This document shows, piece after piece, positions 1 through 7,293 of a DNA stretch of 32,000 nt (the stretch's first letter is position 1; each line of letters starts with the position of its first letter). The translations under genes and the position numbers were made by a program. The notes under the pieces are model-generated. The model was not told the DNA's origin. It was given only the letters and a program-made list of their open reading frames with translations, and made no database searches. Origin of the DNA: Edaphobacter aggregans (GTDB lineage: Bacteria; Acidobacteriota; Terriglobia; Terriglobales; Acidobacteriaceae); NCBI RefSeq assembly GCF_003945235.1, contig NZ_RSDW01000001.1, positions 3,630,001 to 3,662,000 of the forward strand, written 5' to 3'.

Positions 1-1
1 G

Positions 2-145
2 TATACCGATGCGGTTCCGCATGCGGTGCTGGCAGGTCAGTATGCGCTCGAGCAGACGCTGCTGGTGAAGCCGGAGGCGCTGGTGGCTCCGGAGACTTCT
101 CCACTGAAGGTGCTGGAAGGGATTGCTGGGACTGCGTTGGTTTAG
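2..145 (+). CDS. 3' end of an unidentified protein-coding gene (partial, begins upstream of window)
   Basis: Frame 2 is open from the window edge to TAG at 143-145 (...QYALEQTLLVKPEALVAPETSPLKVLEGIAGTALV*). No family recognised. Confidence 0.35.
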   Translation, partial: YTDAVPHAVLAGQYALEQTLLVKPEALVAPETSPLKVLEGIAGTALV

Positions 146-148
146 GCC

Positions 149-373
149 CTAGCTGTCTTTGCGGTAGAGGAGATTGCGCATCGCTTGCCGGCGGGCTTCG
201 TTCGCTTCCTTCGTGGTCTTGCGTTCTTCGGCGTCCATGTGCTGCTTGGTTGCGAGATCCTCGGCTGCTTCGGGGAGACTGCATTCGGGACAACGATTGG
301 CGAATCCGGGCTTGTCGGGCTTCAGCTCAAACTCTTCAGAACAGATGACGCAGACTTTGATCGGGAAAGGCAT
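149..373 (-). CDS. small zinc-ribbon-like protein (CxxC...CPxC), hypothetical
   Basis: 74-aa ORF. N-terminus MPFPIKVCVICSEEFE...RCPECS has two Cys pairs in an FmdB-like zinc-ribbon layout, followed by a charged Lys/Glu/Arg tail. Confidence 0.55.
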   Translation of the reverse strand: MPFPIKVCVICSEEFELKPDKPGFANRCPECSLPEAAEDLATKQHMDAEERKTTKEANEARRQAMRNLLYRKDS

Positions 374-620
374 TTCGACTCCGTGATTAGTACATCATGT
401 CTGGGCTCTCTGTTTCAAAATGCCACCTCTGCCCCTCCCCGGCAAAAGTACACAAAGTCTTCCAAACACGAGAGTTAAGTCTGGGCCTTGATCTGGCGTA
501 TGGCACAGACAAAAACAGCCCGGCGGGTGCCGGACTCTCTTTCCTACTTGAGTTAAGGATATCAGTGGCGTCAATACCGGGTTGTGGATATTGTTGTCGG
601 CGAGAGCCAAAGGAGGCGGT

Positions 621-1007
621 ATGAGGGCGATATGGAGGCGGGTTGGGGTTGGGGCGGGCTTTCTGGTGTGCAGCGCTCTGGCGGGGGCGAGCGATCTGAC
701 AATTCATTTGAGTGGGTCGCAACCTATTACTCGAAATACGGCGAAGTATCAGTGCGATGCGCAGGGTGCGAAGATGGGACTTCCTGCGGAAATTTTTTCG
801 GTTGAGTACATCAATGGGGCGGGAAATAGTCTTGCTGTCGTTCCTGTGGGCGGAAATTCTCTGATCTTTGCGAATGTTGTTTCGGGTTCGGGGGCACGGT
901 ATGCTGCGGGGCAGTACATCTGGTGGGATGCGGGTGGGCGCGGGACTACTTTTTCATCGGGCTCGATAGCGGGGAAGATGTCGTCGGCGTGCCATCGGGT
1001 TCAGTGA
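621..1007 (+). CDS. MliC-family (C-type lysozyme inhibitor-like) secreted protein
   Basis: ATG at 621 is preceded by AGGAGG (611-616). Signal-like N-terminus (VGAGFLVCSALAGA). Motifs Y-Q-C...SGSGARY...WWDAGG...C match my memory of the MliC domain. The track ORF starts at 582, but 621 has the RBS. Confidence 0.7.
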   Translation: MRAIWRRVGVGAGFLVCSALAGASDLTIHLSGSQPITRNTAKYQCDAQGAKMGLPAEIFSVEYINGAGNSLAVVPVGGNSLIFANVVSGSGARYAAGQYIWWDAGGRGTTFSSGSIAGKMSSACHRVQ

Positions 1008-1041
1008 AGAAGACGGTTAGCGCGCAGTTCTGGAGATTGGT

Positions 1042-1821
1042 ATGCACGAGCGGAAACGACGCAGTCGCCCAAAGCCGTGGACGGAACACTGTCTCGAAGT
1101 CCGGGGCCCACGTTGGATGATGCTGTTTCATCGATTGGAATGGTGGTTTTCATGGATGGCCTGGGCGCTTGGGAACTGGGCTTTTCTCGATGTGCTGGAG
1201 CATCTTGGAACGTTCTCGGTATTGATTGCTGTGATTTTCTATTTTGCAGACAGTGGCAACCGCAGAAAACAGAAGCACTACCAGGCGTGGCAGGTCATTA
1301 ATACCGCACAAGGAAAGGGCGGCAGCGGTGGCCGGATTGAAGCGCTGCAGGAGCTCAACGCTGACCGTGTCTCGCTGATTGGAATTGAGGCGAGCGGAGC
1401 GTTTCTTCAAGGGCTATCGCTTCGAGGAGCTGATCTCAGTCGCTGCGATTTTCATGCATCTGACCTGAGAAATAGCGATTTTGCGAACTCGAGGCTCAAC
1501 TTCTGCGGTCTGAAGGATGCCAACTTTCGCAGTGCGAACCTGACAGGTGCAGCGATGGAGGATGTCGACATGGGGGGTGCCGATTTAAGTGGAGCCAATA
1601 TGGGCGGTGCTGATTTATCGAGGGCCGACCTCAGTCGCGCTGACCTCAGAAATGCCGACCTGAAAAACATCGTGTGGAAGGAGATCGGTTCCATGCGCCT
1701 GGCTAATGTTGCCGGGGTTCGAAATGCCTCGCCTGAATTTATGAAGTTTGCTGCCAAGGAGGGAGCCGTCATCCTCGATTCTGATGAGGAGTGGGATACT
1801 TTGCTCCGAAAAGAGCAGTAG
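1042..1821 (+). CDS. pentapeptide-repeat protein with N-terminal membrane segment
   Basis: Tandem pentapeptide repeats (GADLSGANMGGADLSRADLSRADLRNADLKN) follow a hydrophobic N-terminal region. Start is uncertain: 1042 has GGAG upstream, and ATG at 1117 is an alternative. Confidence 0.8.
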   Translation: MHERKRRSRPKPWTEHCLEVRGPRWMMLFHRLEWWFSWMAWALGNWAFLDVLEHLGTFSVLIAVIFYFADSGNRRKQKHYQAWQVINTAQGKGGSGGRIEALQELNADRVSLIGIEASGAFLQGLSLRGADLSRCDFHASDLRNSDFANSRLNFCGLKDANFRSANLTGAAMEDVDMGGADLSGANMGGADLSRADLSRADLRNADLKNIVWKEIGSMRLANVAGVRNASPEFMKFAAKEGAVILDSDEEWDTLLRKEQ

Positions 1822-1855
1822 CCACATCGATTTGGCTTGAATTGGCCAATATATA

Positions 1856-2200
1856 TCAGGGGGTGGGGGCAGCTTCGACGCGGACGATCTTGCACTCGAC
1901 CTGTTTGCCCTCGGGGGTCTTGATTTTTGTCTTGTCGCCGTCGATCTGGTAGTTGATCTGGGTGCCTACGACGAAGTCGGTGGCGTTCATGGATTTTCCG
2001 GAGTCGGTGCGGCAGGTATAGGACTTGCCTTGGGCGACGAAAGAGAGGTCGTAAGCCTGGTGCTTGTGCTCTTTGTCCGTGGTGCCGGTGGGTTGAGAGT
2101 CTTTGAGGGTGGTGTCGCCCTTGATCTTTGCGGCGGATGCGGGGATGGTGGCGGCGATGGTCGCGATGCCCAGGATCGCGACTGTGGTCACTTTTCGCAT
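1856..2200 (-). CDS. small secreted protein, hypothetical
   Basis: 114-aa ORF with a clear signal peptide (MRKVTTVAILGIATIAATIPASA) and GAGGTG upstream of the ATG. No family recognised. Confidence 0.65.
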   Translation of the reverse strand: MRKVTTVAILGIATIAATIPASAAKIKGDTTLKDSQPTGTTDKEHKHQAYDLSFVAQGKSYTCRTDSGKSMNATDFVVGTQINYQIDGDKTKIKTPEGKQVECKIVRVEAAPTP

Positions 2201-2347
2201 GGGGTCACCTCGGGGTCATGGACGATCACAAGGAGTTTAGCGCGTTCGCGTCGTTTGTGGTCGATTTCGGATTTGATTCTTTCTTCCCCGGTGCGCCATT
2301 GAGCGAATACTTCAGTGCAGGACCATGTTGTGTTGTCAGGAGGAACC

Positions 2348-2563
2348 GTGCAGATTCGCAGGATAAGTGGAGTTTTTTTAACCGCCGTGTTGGCTGTATT
2401 TCTTGTGGGCGGGATGGACACACCAAAGAAACTAGATAGCTCGACCCCTACTAAGGGGAAGACTGACACCAAGGGAGGGACGGCGGGCAAGACTGATGCA
2501 AAAGGAGATTCGAAGGCTCCTGCCACGAAGACTTCGGCGAAAACTCCTGCCAAGACCAATTAG
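2348..2563 (+). CDS. small membrane-anchored Lys/Thr-rich low-complexity protein, hypothetical
   Basis: GTG at 2348 lies 4 nt after GGAGGA. One hydrophobic helix (GVFLTAVLAVFLVGG) is followed by a K/T/A/G-rich tail. The track ORF begins at 2315. Low complexity keeps confidence modest. Confidence 0.4.
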   Translation: MQIRRISGVFLTAVLAVFLVGGMDTPKKLDSSTPTKGKTDTKGGTAGKTDAKGDSKAPATKTSAKTPAKTN

Positions 2564-2631
2564 GGAGCGTGGTGCACTCGATTCAGTGGGTGATGAGGGG
2601 CGTAGAATCCTGAGACATCAAAGGAGGCTCC

Positions 2632-2862
2632 ATGGCTCTCAGTTTTTCTGCAGATATCCGCCCTCTTTTTCGGGATGAGGACATTGAGTGTATGAAGGGG
2701 ATGGGGATTGAGCTTGGTGATCCCGCGTGGATGTGTGTGCCTGCTAATGCGCAGAGTGTGTACGGTACGGTTGCCGATGGCTCGATGCCTCCGGATGAGC
2801 CTTGGCCTGCGGATCGGGTGGCGCTTTTCAAGCAGTGGATGGACGCGGGGTTTCCTGCGTAA
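2632..2862 (+). CDS. conserved-looking hypothetical protein (76 aa)
   Basis: ATG is preceded by AGGAGG. Composition is balanced (IRPLFRDEDIECM...MPPDEPWPADRVALFKQWMDAGFP). Function unknown. Confidence 0.6.
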   Translation: MALSFSADIRPLFRDEDIECMKGMGIELGDPAWMCVPANAQSVYGTVADGSMPPDEPWPADRVALFKQWMDAGFPA

Positions 2863-2881
2863 CTATTTATCAGGGCGGGAG

Positions 2882-3061
2882 TTATTCGTTCGCGATGAGT
2901 TCTCGGATATCGGCGATGTGTTGCTTGAGTTTGGAGATTTTTTCGGGCCAGGAGCCGTGTATGTGATCGGGGTAGGGGATTCCGGCGGCGTACTCGCGTT
3001 CGGCTTCGGCTAGATGCTCGAGAAGGATGTTCAGGCGTTCCTGAAGGGTGGGGCCGGGCAT
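2882..3061 (-). CDS. small hypothetical protein (59 aa, below the ORF-track cutoff)
   Basis: My own translation gives MPGPTLQERLNILLEHLAEAEREYAAGIPYPDHIHGSWPEKISKLKQHIADIRELIANE*. There is a strong C/G third-position bias and AGGTGG upstream. It is convergent with 2632-2862. Confidence 0.5.
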   Translation of the reverse strand: MPGPTLQERLNILLEHLAEAEREYAAGIPYPDHIHGSWPEKISKLKQHIADIRELIANE

Positions 3062-3362
3062 GGGAAAAGGCTACCACCTTGGAAGGCGAAGTGGGCTTGA
3101 TGGACAGTTGATGGGTGACAAATCCGCCGATTTTTTTGGGTGTGGGTCTAGGTGTTTTGTTAGGGGTTTGGGGGAAGTGTGGTGGCGGGACGTGGTGTTT
3201 TGTGGTCAATAAGTGGAGAAATGTGGGGTAAGGCTGGTTAGCTGGCCGTCACTTTTTGGTTTTTGAAAAATCGGCACATTTTCTGGATTTATTTTTGGTG
3301 ATTCCCGTTTTGAGAATGGGAGCCTTTTCTTAGAGGTGAGGGCGTTTGAGGCCAGGGAGGAC

Positions 3363-3453
3363 GGTTCGCGCTTTCTCGCGAATGCCCATATCTGAAAATC
3401 GAGATATGGGGCACCCGATTTTGTGGAGCGAGTCAGATGTGGGCCCCCCGCCT
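3363..3453 (+). repeat. structured intergenic repeat, copy A1 (REP/MITE-like)
   Basis: ggttcgcgctttctcgcgaatgcccatatctgaaaatcgagatatggggcacccgattttgtggagcgagtcagatgtgggccccccgcct. Hairpin 1 is TTCGCG/CGCGAA and hairpin 2 is CCCATATCT/AGATATGGG. The copy ends 6 nt before the GNAT stop. Confidence 0.9.
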
Positions 3454-3458
3454 GTCTC

Positions 3459-3992
3459 TTAGAGGGTGAGGGCGAAGACGGGGTCTTCGAAGGTGGAGGC
3501 GCCTACCTGGAAGGTGCGGGTTCCGATTTGGACGAAGCCGTTTTTGCGGTAGAAGGCGATGGCTCTCTGGTTGTCGGGATGGACACCGAGGAGGAGGCGG
3601 GTGGCTTGCTGGCGGCGGGCGCTGGCGATGGCGAGGTCCATCATGGTGCGTCCGGCTCCGGTGCCATGAAATTTGGAGAAGAGATAGATGCGGCGGAGTT
3701 CGAGGTCGCCGGGCTGGACGAGGTCGATGGGGAAGTCGGGTGCGGTGAGGAGGGCGTAGCCGACGGGTGCGGCTCCGGGGGAGAGCTCGGCGAGCCAGGC
3801 GCGGGTCTCGGGTTTTTCGAGATAGGAGAGGTAGGCGGCGGGGATGTGGTTTTTGGCGCAGTGGGCGAGGAGGGCGTCGCCGGGGACGAGGCCGGCGAAG
3901 GCTTCGAGCAGGGTGGCGGCGGCGATGATGGCGAGCGTGGGCGCGTCCGCTGGGATGCATTCGCGGAGAGTTACAGGTTGTTCAGGAGGCAT
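3459..3992 (-). CDS. GNAT-family N-acetyltransferase
   Basis: An acetyl-CoA-binding-type motif is present (RRIYLFSKFHGTGAGRTMMDLAI...AFYRKNGF). Start is taken at ATG 3992 (MPPEQP). The longer track ORF (to 4073) runs into repeat A2. Confidence 0.85.
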   Translation of the reverse strand: MPPEQPVTLRECIPADAPTLAIIAAATLLEAFAGLVPGDALLAHCAKNHIPAAYLSYLEKPETRAWLAELSPGAAPVGYALLTAPDFPIDLVQPGDLELRRIYLFSKFHGTGAGRTMMDLAIASARRQQATRLLLGVHPDNQRAIAFYRKNGFVQIGTRTFQVGASTFEDPVFALTL

Positions 3993-4021
3993 GGGGTTAA
4001 GATGTCGTCGGGGGTGAGGTG

Positions 4022-4112
4022 GGTTCGCGCTTTCTCGCGAATACCCATATCTGAAAATCGAGATATGGAGCACCCGATTTTGTGGAGCGAGTCAGATGTG
4101 GGCCACCTGCCT
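4022..4112 (+). repeat. structured intergenic repeat, copy A2
   Basis: Differs from A1 at 4 of 91 positions. Same orientation, located 30 nt upstream of the GNAT start. Confidence 0.9.
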
Positions 4113-4308
4113 ATTTTTTGTGATTGCGGGAGATACGGGTGGTGGCTGGAATGTATACACCTGATGGGTCTATAACGGAAGCGCAGCTCGCCTTTGCTCG
4201 CAGTCTCATTGACGCTCGGCGTGACACTCGTCGTGGGACGCGGGCGAGGAGCCGTCGACCTTCCATGTCGATCAAGGTAACCGACGCTTGAGCTGATCTG
4301 GAGGTTTT

Positions 4309-4584
4309 ATGCCAGTCTTCGTCTGCAAACTTTCCCACAAGGATCTGAGTCATCGGCTCATCGCTACTTGCACCGTCGTCGGCGAAGAGCATGGGTATGA
4401 GACTCATCAGAGAGAGTTCGAAAACGCGGCGCAAGCTGCGAAGGCTCTCTCTGAAGCTGGGATAGGTAGAGACCGCTGCGGTCCCATCCCCGAAGATGCG
4501 AAACCGGATTGGTCCTGTACGTTTGAGATCAGTCACAACGAAGCTCAGAAATTTGATGTGCTGCATGTTGACAGCGAGGAATAG
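4309..4584 (+). CDS. hypothetical protein (91 aa), uncertain
   Basis: ATG lies 4 nt after GGAGG, and the sequence is balanced and non-repetitive. Third-position GC is only moderate, and a longer ORF overlaps on the opposite strand (4111-4605). The region is less GC-rich than its neighbours. Confidence 0.35.
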   Translation: MPVFVCKLSHKDLSHRLIATCTVVGEEHGYETHQREFENAAQAAKALSEAGIGRDRCGPIPEDAKPDWSCTFEISHNEAQKFDVLHVDSEE

Positions 4585-4642
4585 TGGCGGGTGCCTGTTC
4601 ATCATGGCATTCGGGTATCAGGTTGCCGCAGGTGGGGAGCGC

Positions 4643-4734
4643 GGTTCGCGCTTTGCGCGAATGCCCCACTCATGCGGTGAGACTGCATGAATGGGACACC
4701 CAGAGTATGGTGGTTTTTAAGTATGGGCAACCCG
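4643..4734 (+). repeat. structured intergenic repeat, copy B1 (subfamily B)
   Basis: Shares hairpin 1 (TTCGCGC/GCGCGAA) and overall layout with the A copies. Hairpin 2 is replaced by CCCACTCATGC/GCATGAATGGG. The right end overlaps the last 6 codons of the PEP-CTERM gene at 4717. Confidence 0.85.
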
Positions 4735-5319
4735 TCGAGCGAGACGTCTTCGGCATTCCGGTATGAGACTGATGAGACCGGTGGCCAGAAGCAGAAGGCT
4801 GGATGGCTCCGGGATCACCAGACCGGCATCGGTAATCTGGTCGAATTTGGTGCCGGATGTTCCGATAAAGACCGCTGAAAGAGCGGTTCCGGCGAATGCT
4901 GTTCCCGCCGCATTCCAGGTTGCCGAAGTGGGGAGTGAGATATCTGCCAGCATGACACCGGTTCCATCGAGACCGCTCCAGAGAGCGACCGAGCCTGAGT
5001 TGTCCGCGGCTTCGTAGTAGAACGAGAGAAGATTGAATCCGCCGGAAACATCCATAGTGGCGGAGGGCCCGTTCAACTGGCCGACCAGGCTTGGGCCGTA
5101 GGGCGGCACAGCGGAGACAGCGCCGAAAGATGGCGTGAAGGTAATGCCGTAGTTGGGGCCGGGTCCCGACCCCAGGCTTCCAGTTCCACCATCGTAGAAA
5201 CTGAGAACTTGTTCGGTGTTCTTAAGGCCTCCGAAGTCGAGAACGAACGGAATGGCTCGAGCGGGCAGGGAGCCCAAGATGATAAACGTGAATAGAAATA
5301 GGATTAGGCGGAGTTTCAT
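4717..5319 (-). CDS. PEP-CTERM sorting-domain secreted protein
   Basis: Signal peptide (MKLRLILFLFTFIILGSLPARA). C-terminal VIPEPSSLLLLATGLISLI...RRR motif. GAGGAGG RBS. Confidence 0.85.
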   Translation of the reverse strand: MKLRLILFLFTFIILGSLPARAIPFVLDFGGLKNTEQVLSFYDGGTGSLGSGPGPNYGITFTPSFGAVSAVPPYGPSLVGQLNGPSATMDVSGGFNLLSFYYEAADNSGSVALWSGLDGTGVMLADISLPTSATWNAAGTAFAGTALSAVFIGTSGTKFDQITDAGLVIPEPSSLLLLATGLISLIPECRRRLARRVAHT

Positions 5320-5397
5320 AGGATGCCTCCTCGGTTGCTAAAGATGAGAGCACCAGAAACGGGGTGGGGAACCGGTGGCAATTTTACGCCTCTTTTC

Positions 5398-5458
5398 GGC
5401 CCGATGAGATTGTATGAATGGGACGCGCTCAGAGTATGGGTGGGTTTAGGGTTGCGGC
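5398..5458 (+). repeat. structured repeat, 5'-truncated subfamily-B copy
   Basis: ccgatgagattgtatgaatgggacgcgctcagagtatgggtgggtttagggttg aligns with the right two-thirds of B1. Hairpin 1 is missing. Confidence 0.65.
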
Positions 5459-5548
5459 GTTTGTGGGCGTTCCGTCCAGCTTCACATGGCGCAGGAACTC
5501 GCCAGCGCCTTGCAATAAGCGGACCGGATCCGGCAGCGTTGTGCCGTG
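5429..5548 (-). pseudogene. DUF1801-family gene remnant (C-terminal ~38 codons only)
   Basis: The minus-strand translation is GTTLPDPVRLLQGAGEFLRHVKLDGTPTNAATLNPPIL*. It matches GATLPDPARLLQGTGKFMRHVKLKPGTPTNLTALN of the intact DUF1801 gene at 6887-7288 at both protein and DNA level. There is no N-terminal part, and the stop lies inside the repeat. Confidence 0.6.
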
Positions 5549-5550
5549 AT

Positions 5551-6206
5551 CTATCGATGAGAATAAAACTTGCGCCGAACGACGCCCATCATTCCCAACA
5601 TGCCTGTTCCAAGCAAAGCAAATGTAGAAGGCTCCGGGGTAACGACCGTTCCGGAGATATCCACCGCCAACGGACCCCCTAGGTTAGCTTTCCAGCCGTT
5701 GGGAACGTTGCAGCCTGCCTCTGAGGGGTCACAGAAGAAAAACGAGCCAAGGATCGTGTGGTGGTCATCACTGGCGGAGCTTCATCCATCGCTACGTTTC
5801 CTCCAGCGATCTCGAGATAGTATGTTCCGGCAGCCAAAGAGATATTCAGATTATTGAGATCGAAGACCTCGGTGATAGGAGGACTTTGATTCGAGCTGAA
5901 GGGGAGGGCGCCGGCCCCAACGCTTGTGACCGCTCCAAGTTGATTCCCAAAGCCCACGCTAAAGCTGACATTAGGATTCGGGAAATCTATGGGGCCGGTG
6001 ATGGAAATTTTGATGTCGTCGATTACGACGGGCGTGAGAAGGGTGAATTGTTGCTCAACCGATTGACACTCGGATCCCGGACATAAGACGACATTTCCGT
6101 GCGAAGCGGAGGCGAGGTTTGTTCCAACGAGGAGGGAGTCGGCGTGGGCTAGAGTGGAAGCGACGAGAAGGATGACGAAGGAAAATAAGCGATGGGGAGA
6201 TTGCAT
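5551..6206 (-). pseudogene. PEP-CTERM protein gene with an apparent frameshift
   Basis: ORF 5679-6206 has a signal peptide but no sorting signal. A different frame (5551-5781) encodes ...GTVVTPEPSTFALLGTGMLGMMGVVRRKFYSHR*, a canonical PEP-CTERM. Total length is 656 nt, not a multiple of 3. The frame switch must lie between 5682 and 5781. Confidence 0.7.
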
Positions 6207-6356
6207 GGGTTACTCCAAAGATCTACTCAAGATTGAAGTCAAGGATGCGATCAATGACCAGTGGGTCTTATGGATGGGCTCGGCGTCAGGCGCTGCTGAA
6301 GTTCATGGCTGCGCAGAAGGCAGCTTAGATTTACACCACGTGAGTATTTGCTGCGT

Positions 6357-6827
6357 TCACAGCAACTTGCCGGCGAGCCAGTAATCGACACTGAACTTTC
6401 CCGGACCGGAACAGATCAGCCAGATAAAGAAGAGCACGTACAGGACTTCCGGAAGGTAGAGGAAATCGTCGAGCCAGCTAAGAGGCGAAAGCCCTTTAGG
6501 CAACGTGGAAACAGCGCTGGTCAGGGTGGCGACGATCATATCGATCAATAAAGCGAAGCTGGCCGGGCTCGAAAGAAACCCTATGGCCACAAGGGATCCG
6601 CAGACGAACTCGACAGTCGACACGAAATAAGCTGTCTGGCGGGGAAATGGGATTTTGGCCTCTACGAGCGTGTCGTAAACAGGTTTCGTGCCGCCGGCGA
6701 CAAACAATTTGTTTGCCCCGGAGATGGCGAAGAACAGCCCGATCGAAACGCGCACCAGTAGGATGGCATATTGTTCCAAATGACTGCTGCCCGACAGCGC
6801 AAACTGGATCAACCGTTTCCAATCCAT
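6357..6827 (-). CDS. DoxX-family membrane protein
   Basis: Four predicted hydrophobic helices. The motif LLVRVSIGLFFAISGANKLF is typical of DoxX. Confidence 0.8.
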   Translation of the reverse strand: MDWKRLIQFALSGSSHLEQYAILLVRVSIGLFFAISGANKLFVAGGTKPVYDTLVEAKIPFPRQTAYFVSTVEFVCGSLVAIGFLSSPASFALLIDMIVATLTSAVSTLPKGLSPLSWLDDFLYLPEVLYVLFFIWLICSGPGKFSVDYWLAGKLL

Positions 6828-6886
6828 CTCTCATGCCTCGATCGGAGGATGTGCTGGCAACGAGGATACCTTAGTTGGGCGCGTGG

Positions 6887-7288
6887 TTAGCCGTTTTCGA
6901 CGCGGGACTTTATATCCCAGTACGCCGTGTCGATGAGTTTGTTTAGGGCGGTGAGGTTTGTGGGTGTTCCCGGCTTCAGCTTTACGTGGCGCATGAATTT
7001 GCCGGTGCCTTGCAACAAGCGGGCGGGATCCGGGAGCGTTGCTCCTTGAAAGAATCCCACGTTTACGTGCGAAGTGAATACATCGACGTAGCCGAAGGGC
7101 GCGTCTCCAAGACATGCGACCGGGCAGCCGTCATGCAAGAGCTCTCGAACTTCGTCCCCGCAGTTTCGCATCACCTGGAACCACTGATGCGCGATGAGGC
7201 CTAATTCACCTTGATGGTGTTTCATCCATGCGTCGATGGCGGGATCTCGCTCTACGGCGCCATTGAATCGCAATAGCTCTGTTGCCAC
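6887..7288 (-). CDS. DUF1801 (YdhG-like) domain protein
   Basis: HVNVGFFQGATLPDPARLLQGTGKFMRHVKL is characteristic of DUF1801. GTG start lies 6 nt after the stop of the upstream PEP-CTERM gene. Confidence 0.75.
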   Translation of the reverse strand: MATELLRFNGAVERDPAIDAWMKHHQGELGLIAHQWFQVMRNCGDEVRELLHDGCPVACLGDAPFGYVDVFTSHVNVGFFQGATLPDPARLLQGTGKFMRHVKLKPGTPTNLTALNKLIDTAYWDIKSRVENG

Positions 7289-7293
7289 CGTTG

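Noticed and set aside
511-534. Minus-strand terminator-like hairpin (CCGGC-gggt-GCCGG with an A-run on the + strand) between the zinc-ribbon gene and the MliC-like gene
   Set aside because: The stem is only 5 bp and there is no upstream minus-strand gene to terminate. It is possibly an insulator, but the evidence is too weak.
1716-1730. tRNA T-loop-like ggttcgaaa, and the ggttcg strings at repeat starts
   Set aside because: No surrounding cloverleaf can be drawn. One lies inside the pentapeptide-repeat CDS, and the others are the 5' ends of the repeat family.
2583-3209. 208-aa minus ORF
   Set aside because: It is Pro/Arg/Thr/His-rich low-complexity sequence. It overlaps two better-supported genes (2632-2862 + and 2882-3061 -) and the G/T-skewed spacer.
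3423-4175. 250-aa + ORF and the 175-aa - ORF (3433-3960) overlapping the GNAT gene
   Set aside because: These are Gly/Glu/Ala- or Arg/Pro-rich shadow frames of the GC-rich GNAT gene. The + ORF starts and ends inside repeat copies A1 and A2, and the repeats' MGHP...W reading is an artefact of the repeat sequence.
4111-4605. 164-aa minus-strand ORF
   Set aside because: There is no RBS. The 3' third is rich in CGA, TCA and AGA codons that look atypical beside the neighbouring genes, and the sequence is Arg/Ser/Leu-heavy. It is kept only as an alternative to the + ORF, although its stop does abut repeat A2 like the real genes do.
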